A program made the translations under genes and the position numbers. From Antedon mediterranea (taxonomy: Eukaryota > Animalia > Echinodermata): a DNA stretch of 64,000 bases. How positions within the stretch are numbered: the first letter of the stretch is position 1; every line of letters begins with the position of its first letter. The stretch is from assembly GCF_964355755.1 (NCBI RefSeq), contig NC_092676.1, forward strand, positions 15,952,871-16,016,870. Reading direction: 5' to 3'. The notes beneath the pieces are model-generated. The model saw only the letters and a program-made list of their open reading frames with translations, was not told the origin of the DNA and searched no databases. Shown here one piece after another: positions 60,977 to 64,000 of this stretch.

Positions 60977-62281
60977 ATGCTTAAACATCTGGTTCTGTGG
61001 ACGTTGTTGTTGTGTTGTCTTTTTGGCAAGTTAAACACACGAATATTGTTTTGTTGCCAAGATGGTCATTGGATATATCATAATACGTCAGTACCATGTA
61101 ATCTTTTAACAGATGGAGCAAAAAGTAGTTACAGTCAGATGATAAAGTGGGCTGAAAACCAGTACCCCGCTGATGATATTGCTAAAGTTTTCAACAAAAG
61201 CATGTTAAACTTCATGATAAATGAGCAACTTTGGGCGGAAGTGGAAAAATCAGAAGACATTGATGTTGAGATGTTTTGGATGGGAATGAAGTTGAAGCCA
61301 GAAGATCTTGAGAATTTTCATCAAATTTCAAGTGCTGGGACTCCGCTCAGCAGTTTCTTTCGAGATCGTTTACTTAACAGACAAGCAAATGACCAAGTTT
61401 GTATTGATACTACATATGCTTCTAACACTTCAGCAACATATTCAAAAGTTTGTTGGGACGCATATATGGAGGTTTTATCAACTAAAACGGTGGAATGCAC
61501 TAACCAATGGAGCAATTGGACAGAATGCATAGATGGAGAAAGATCAAGAGAACGAGCATGCGCTGTTGTAGAACCAGGATGTATAGTATTTCCCGAAAAA
61601 ATTACGGGAGATTGTGAAATACTTGATTTAATCTTTCCAGAGAATTACACAATCCGAGCATTTGCAGGAGAAAGTTTAAGAATTCAATTTGTAAATGAGA
61701 TTTCGTCATTACCAGTGATGTTTCAATTCGTCAATGGACCTTCGCTTTCTTCAATTACAACAAATGGCAAATTTATTTGGACTGTTCCCAATGATAATTA
61801 CATCGGTGAAAACATGTACATTCAAGTTTTACTTTATAACACCGAGGGACACCAGCGTACCATTAATTTGACTTTAGAAATAATTAATTGTCTGTGTGAA
61901 CCGTTTGGAATATGTACACAGCCAGCTAACCAAAAACAAGGCTTGGGATTATTCACTTGTAATTGCCAAGAAGGACGGTTCGGAACGCTATGCGAAAATG
62001 ATATAAATGAATGCGAATCTCACCCTTGCTATCCGTTGGTTGATTGCATTAATTTACCTAATATGTATTGGTGCACGCAATGTCCGGAGGGGTACACAGG
62101 GGATGGTATTACGTGCACTGCTGATGATGGTGATAAGAACAAAGCGACGGAGTCGACAAATACAGGATCAATTAGTAGACCTAGTAAACCACAGACATGT
62201 AACACAGGAGGATCTGAAATTATTAAATCAATGCATATCATAAATATGATTGCTATTTCTATAGGCATTATTGTACTGTAG
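60977..62281 (+). CDS. Secreted or GPI-anchored protein: degenerate C-type-lectin-like domain, TSP1-like repeat, Ig/cadherin-like domain, EGF, Ca-binding EGF (VWDE-like C-terminal half)
   Basis: Signal peptide MLKHLVLWTLLLCCLFG; WSNWTEC..RSRERAC; ITTNGKFIWT; CLCEPFGIC...CNCQEGRFGTLC; DINECESHPC...CPEGYTGDGITC; hydrophobic C-terminus. Single coding exon after acceptor tttcag (60946); upstream donor gtaagt at 60048. Confidence 0.88.
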   Translation: MLKHLVLWTLLLCCLFGKLNTRILFCCQDGHWIYHNTSVPCNLLTDGAKSSYSQMIKWAENQYPADDIAKVFNKSMLNFMINEQLWAEVEKSEDIDVEMFWMGMKLKPEDLENFHQISSAGTPLSSFFRDRLLNRQANDQVCIDTTYASNTSATYSKVCWDAYMEVLSTKTVECTNQWSNWTECIDGERSRERACAVVEPGCIVFPEKITGDCEILDLIFPENYTIRAFAGESLRIQFVNEISSLPVMFQFVNGPSLSSITTNGKFIWTVPNDNYIGENMYIQVLLYNTEGHQRTINLTLEIINCLCEPFGICTQPANQKQGLGLFTCNCQEGRFGTLCENDINECESHPCYPLVDCINLPNMYWCTQCPEGYTGDGITCTADDGDKNKATESTNTGSISRPSKPQTCNTGGSEIIKSMHIINMIAISIGIIVL

Positions 62282-63216
62282 TAGAACATTAGTACATGTC
62301 TTCATTTTACCATGAATCACAAGCGACAGTTCCGATGACCCATTACTTAATGTGTTAAACTTGGTTTTGACTAACTTTCTTTGCTTTGAAAACAGTTTCC
62401 GAACACTAACGACATTTTCTCTTTATTTATTTCATTATTACCAACTAAACCACTGTAGTTTATTTACCACTATTTTAGTTTGAATGTTTGAATTTAAAAC
62501 GTACATATTCTTCAAAAGAAAAACATTTCATAGACTATTTTTAACGTAATGACAGCGTAGGTTTGTCTGCGGATGAATATATTATACTGATTATTTGCTT
62601 TCGTATGAAAATGTAGAAAATGGTTCATAATTATTAATTAAATAACGAAAACCAAAGTTAATGATCATTTAATGCCAATTTTGTGTTTTATCAAAGTGTT
62701 ACACTGTTCTTTTCTCGCTTTGTTGTTAATTTAAATAAAGATTTTAACAAATTTTTCCATTAAAATAGTTGTGTTTAAATTTCAAACTGTATGCCTACTA
62801 CAGTAATGTTTTGCGATTGGTAGTTTCGAATAGAAACATTTAATAAACAAGAAACCCTGCACCAAAGACGTTATACATTCAATGGATTGTATAAGCAAAA
62901 AAAAGCAATATAATTATATCGATATCAACATTGTTTTATTCAATTTATTTTATAGTATCCCTATAAGTCTTAAAAGTGCCAGTCTGGGAAAAGAATTAGA
63001 AACAAGTGTTTCTCAACTGCTTTGTGTTATATGGAGTCTATCCATATTAAACAAAATAATTGAAATTACATTATTAATATCTTATGCTATATATGCCTAT
63101 CTATAAAAATTAGAATTAATTCGTGCTCTTAATCATCTGTGCTCTTAATCATATGTGCTACGTTCCATCGTCTAACTAAAAGTTATAATTGTGTTGTTGA
63201 TTAATTTTAAATCCGT

Positions 63217-63621
63217 TTATTTTGCCATCTCAAGATCTTTATATTCAAAGGCCGGGCTAACAGTGCAGCCAAAGAATGTCCATTCTCCACCGGCCACGCA
63301 TCTTGCACTCTGCCAGTGATCTGCTGGAATCAACAGCTGGAACTTATGACCTTTCTCTATGTCTGGTCCTAATATATACTGTTTGTAATGGTCTTTTCCA
63401 TCAGGTTTCAAAATGGAAACTTCGATAGGGTCCCCAGTATAGTAATGCCAAAGCTCGTCTTTGCCCTTTATTCGATGCAAAGCAATGCTATTATCTTTTG
63501 ATACCAGGTAATATATAGCTGTGCTATGCTCAGTCCGGTATGTCTCTCTGTAGTATCCTCCTTCAACATGTACTTGAAGTTCAAAATGTTTTATCATCTC
63601 ACTTGCTGTTTTCTTATTCAT
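63217..63621 (-). CDS. DUF985 (Cupin_5, YML079W/Cff1-like) cupin, 134 aa
   Basis: LQVHVEGGYYRETY, STAIYYL, LHRI..DELWHYYTGDP, LGPD...FQLLIPADHWQSA, FFGCTVSPAFEYKDLE. The ATG at 63621 follows the acceptor ttttaattacag at 63641. Confidence 0.92.
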   Translation of the reverse strand: MNKKTASEMIKHFELQVHVEGGYYRETYRTEHSTAIYYLVSKDNSIALHRIKGKDELWHYYTGDPIEVSILKPDGKDHYKQYILGPDIEKGHKFQLLIPADHWQSARCVAGGEWTFFGCTVSPAFEYKDLEMAK

Positions 63622-64000
63622 TATCTTGTTTGATATACAACTGTAATTAAAAAAAACGAAATAAACACATTTTACTTGGAATATAATCATGTACCAGAAT
63701 GTACATGTATAAATGGAAAAACAACAATTGAGTAACTTTAATATCACCTAAAGTTAATGTTAAGCTTTAGTAGGTACCGGTGATCTTTTAAAAGTGATAA
63801 AGACGAAATGCTGAACATATACGGGAGAGCGGAGAGGAAGCTCTCCAAACATAGTCACTGATACTTTTCCAAAAACAGTAAAACTGAATAAAACGAAGAA
63901 CTAAGCTAATAAATATATGTAAATTAAATGTACACAATTTAAATTTAAGGTAAATAAAACTAATTTAGATTTTCTAAAAATTAATGAGATCGCAGAAAAA

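Noticed and set aside
63622-63747. N-terminal 42-aa extension of the cupin ORF in the ORF track
   Set aside because: It reads through a polypyrimidine tract and splice acceptor at 63641; the true start is probably the ATG at 63621.

Overview
AT-rich, intron-containing animal DNA, probably from an invertebrate deuterostome such as an echinoderm (inferred from the repeat types and gene content). Genes supported by the sequence: (1) the 3' exons of a caspase-8/10-like protease (+, 3900-6426, SHG/QACQG); (2) a decayed IFIT-like TPR gene (+, 10512-15227) that ends in a HEPN-like module, is split by a hAT insertion, and is preceded by NF-kB and IRF-type motifs; (3) a minus-strand RBD + DH (RhoGEF) gene with seven phase-consistent coding exons (17429-51870) and a ~29.8 kb intron, whose next exon was not found; (4) an intronless secreted CTLD-like/TSP1/Ig-like/EGF protein (+, 60977-62281); (5) a convergent DUF985 cupin (-, 63217-63621). 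The rest is mostly transposons: a near-complete CR1/L2-group LINE, SINEs, and non-autonomous hAT, Harbinger (some retaining a Myb/SANT fragment), Tc1/pogo, piggyBac, Kolobok and Ginger-like elements, plus minisatellites. The main leads are the IFIT-like TPR + HEPN-like fusion next to a caspase, a Kolobok-type end that appears to supply the promoter of (and may carry) the last two genes, and short TA-duplicating insertions that look like transposon excision footprints. All family assignments come from motif recognition by eye; no database searches were run.
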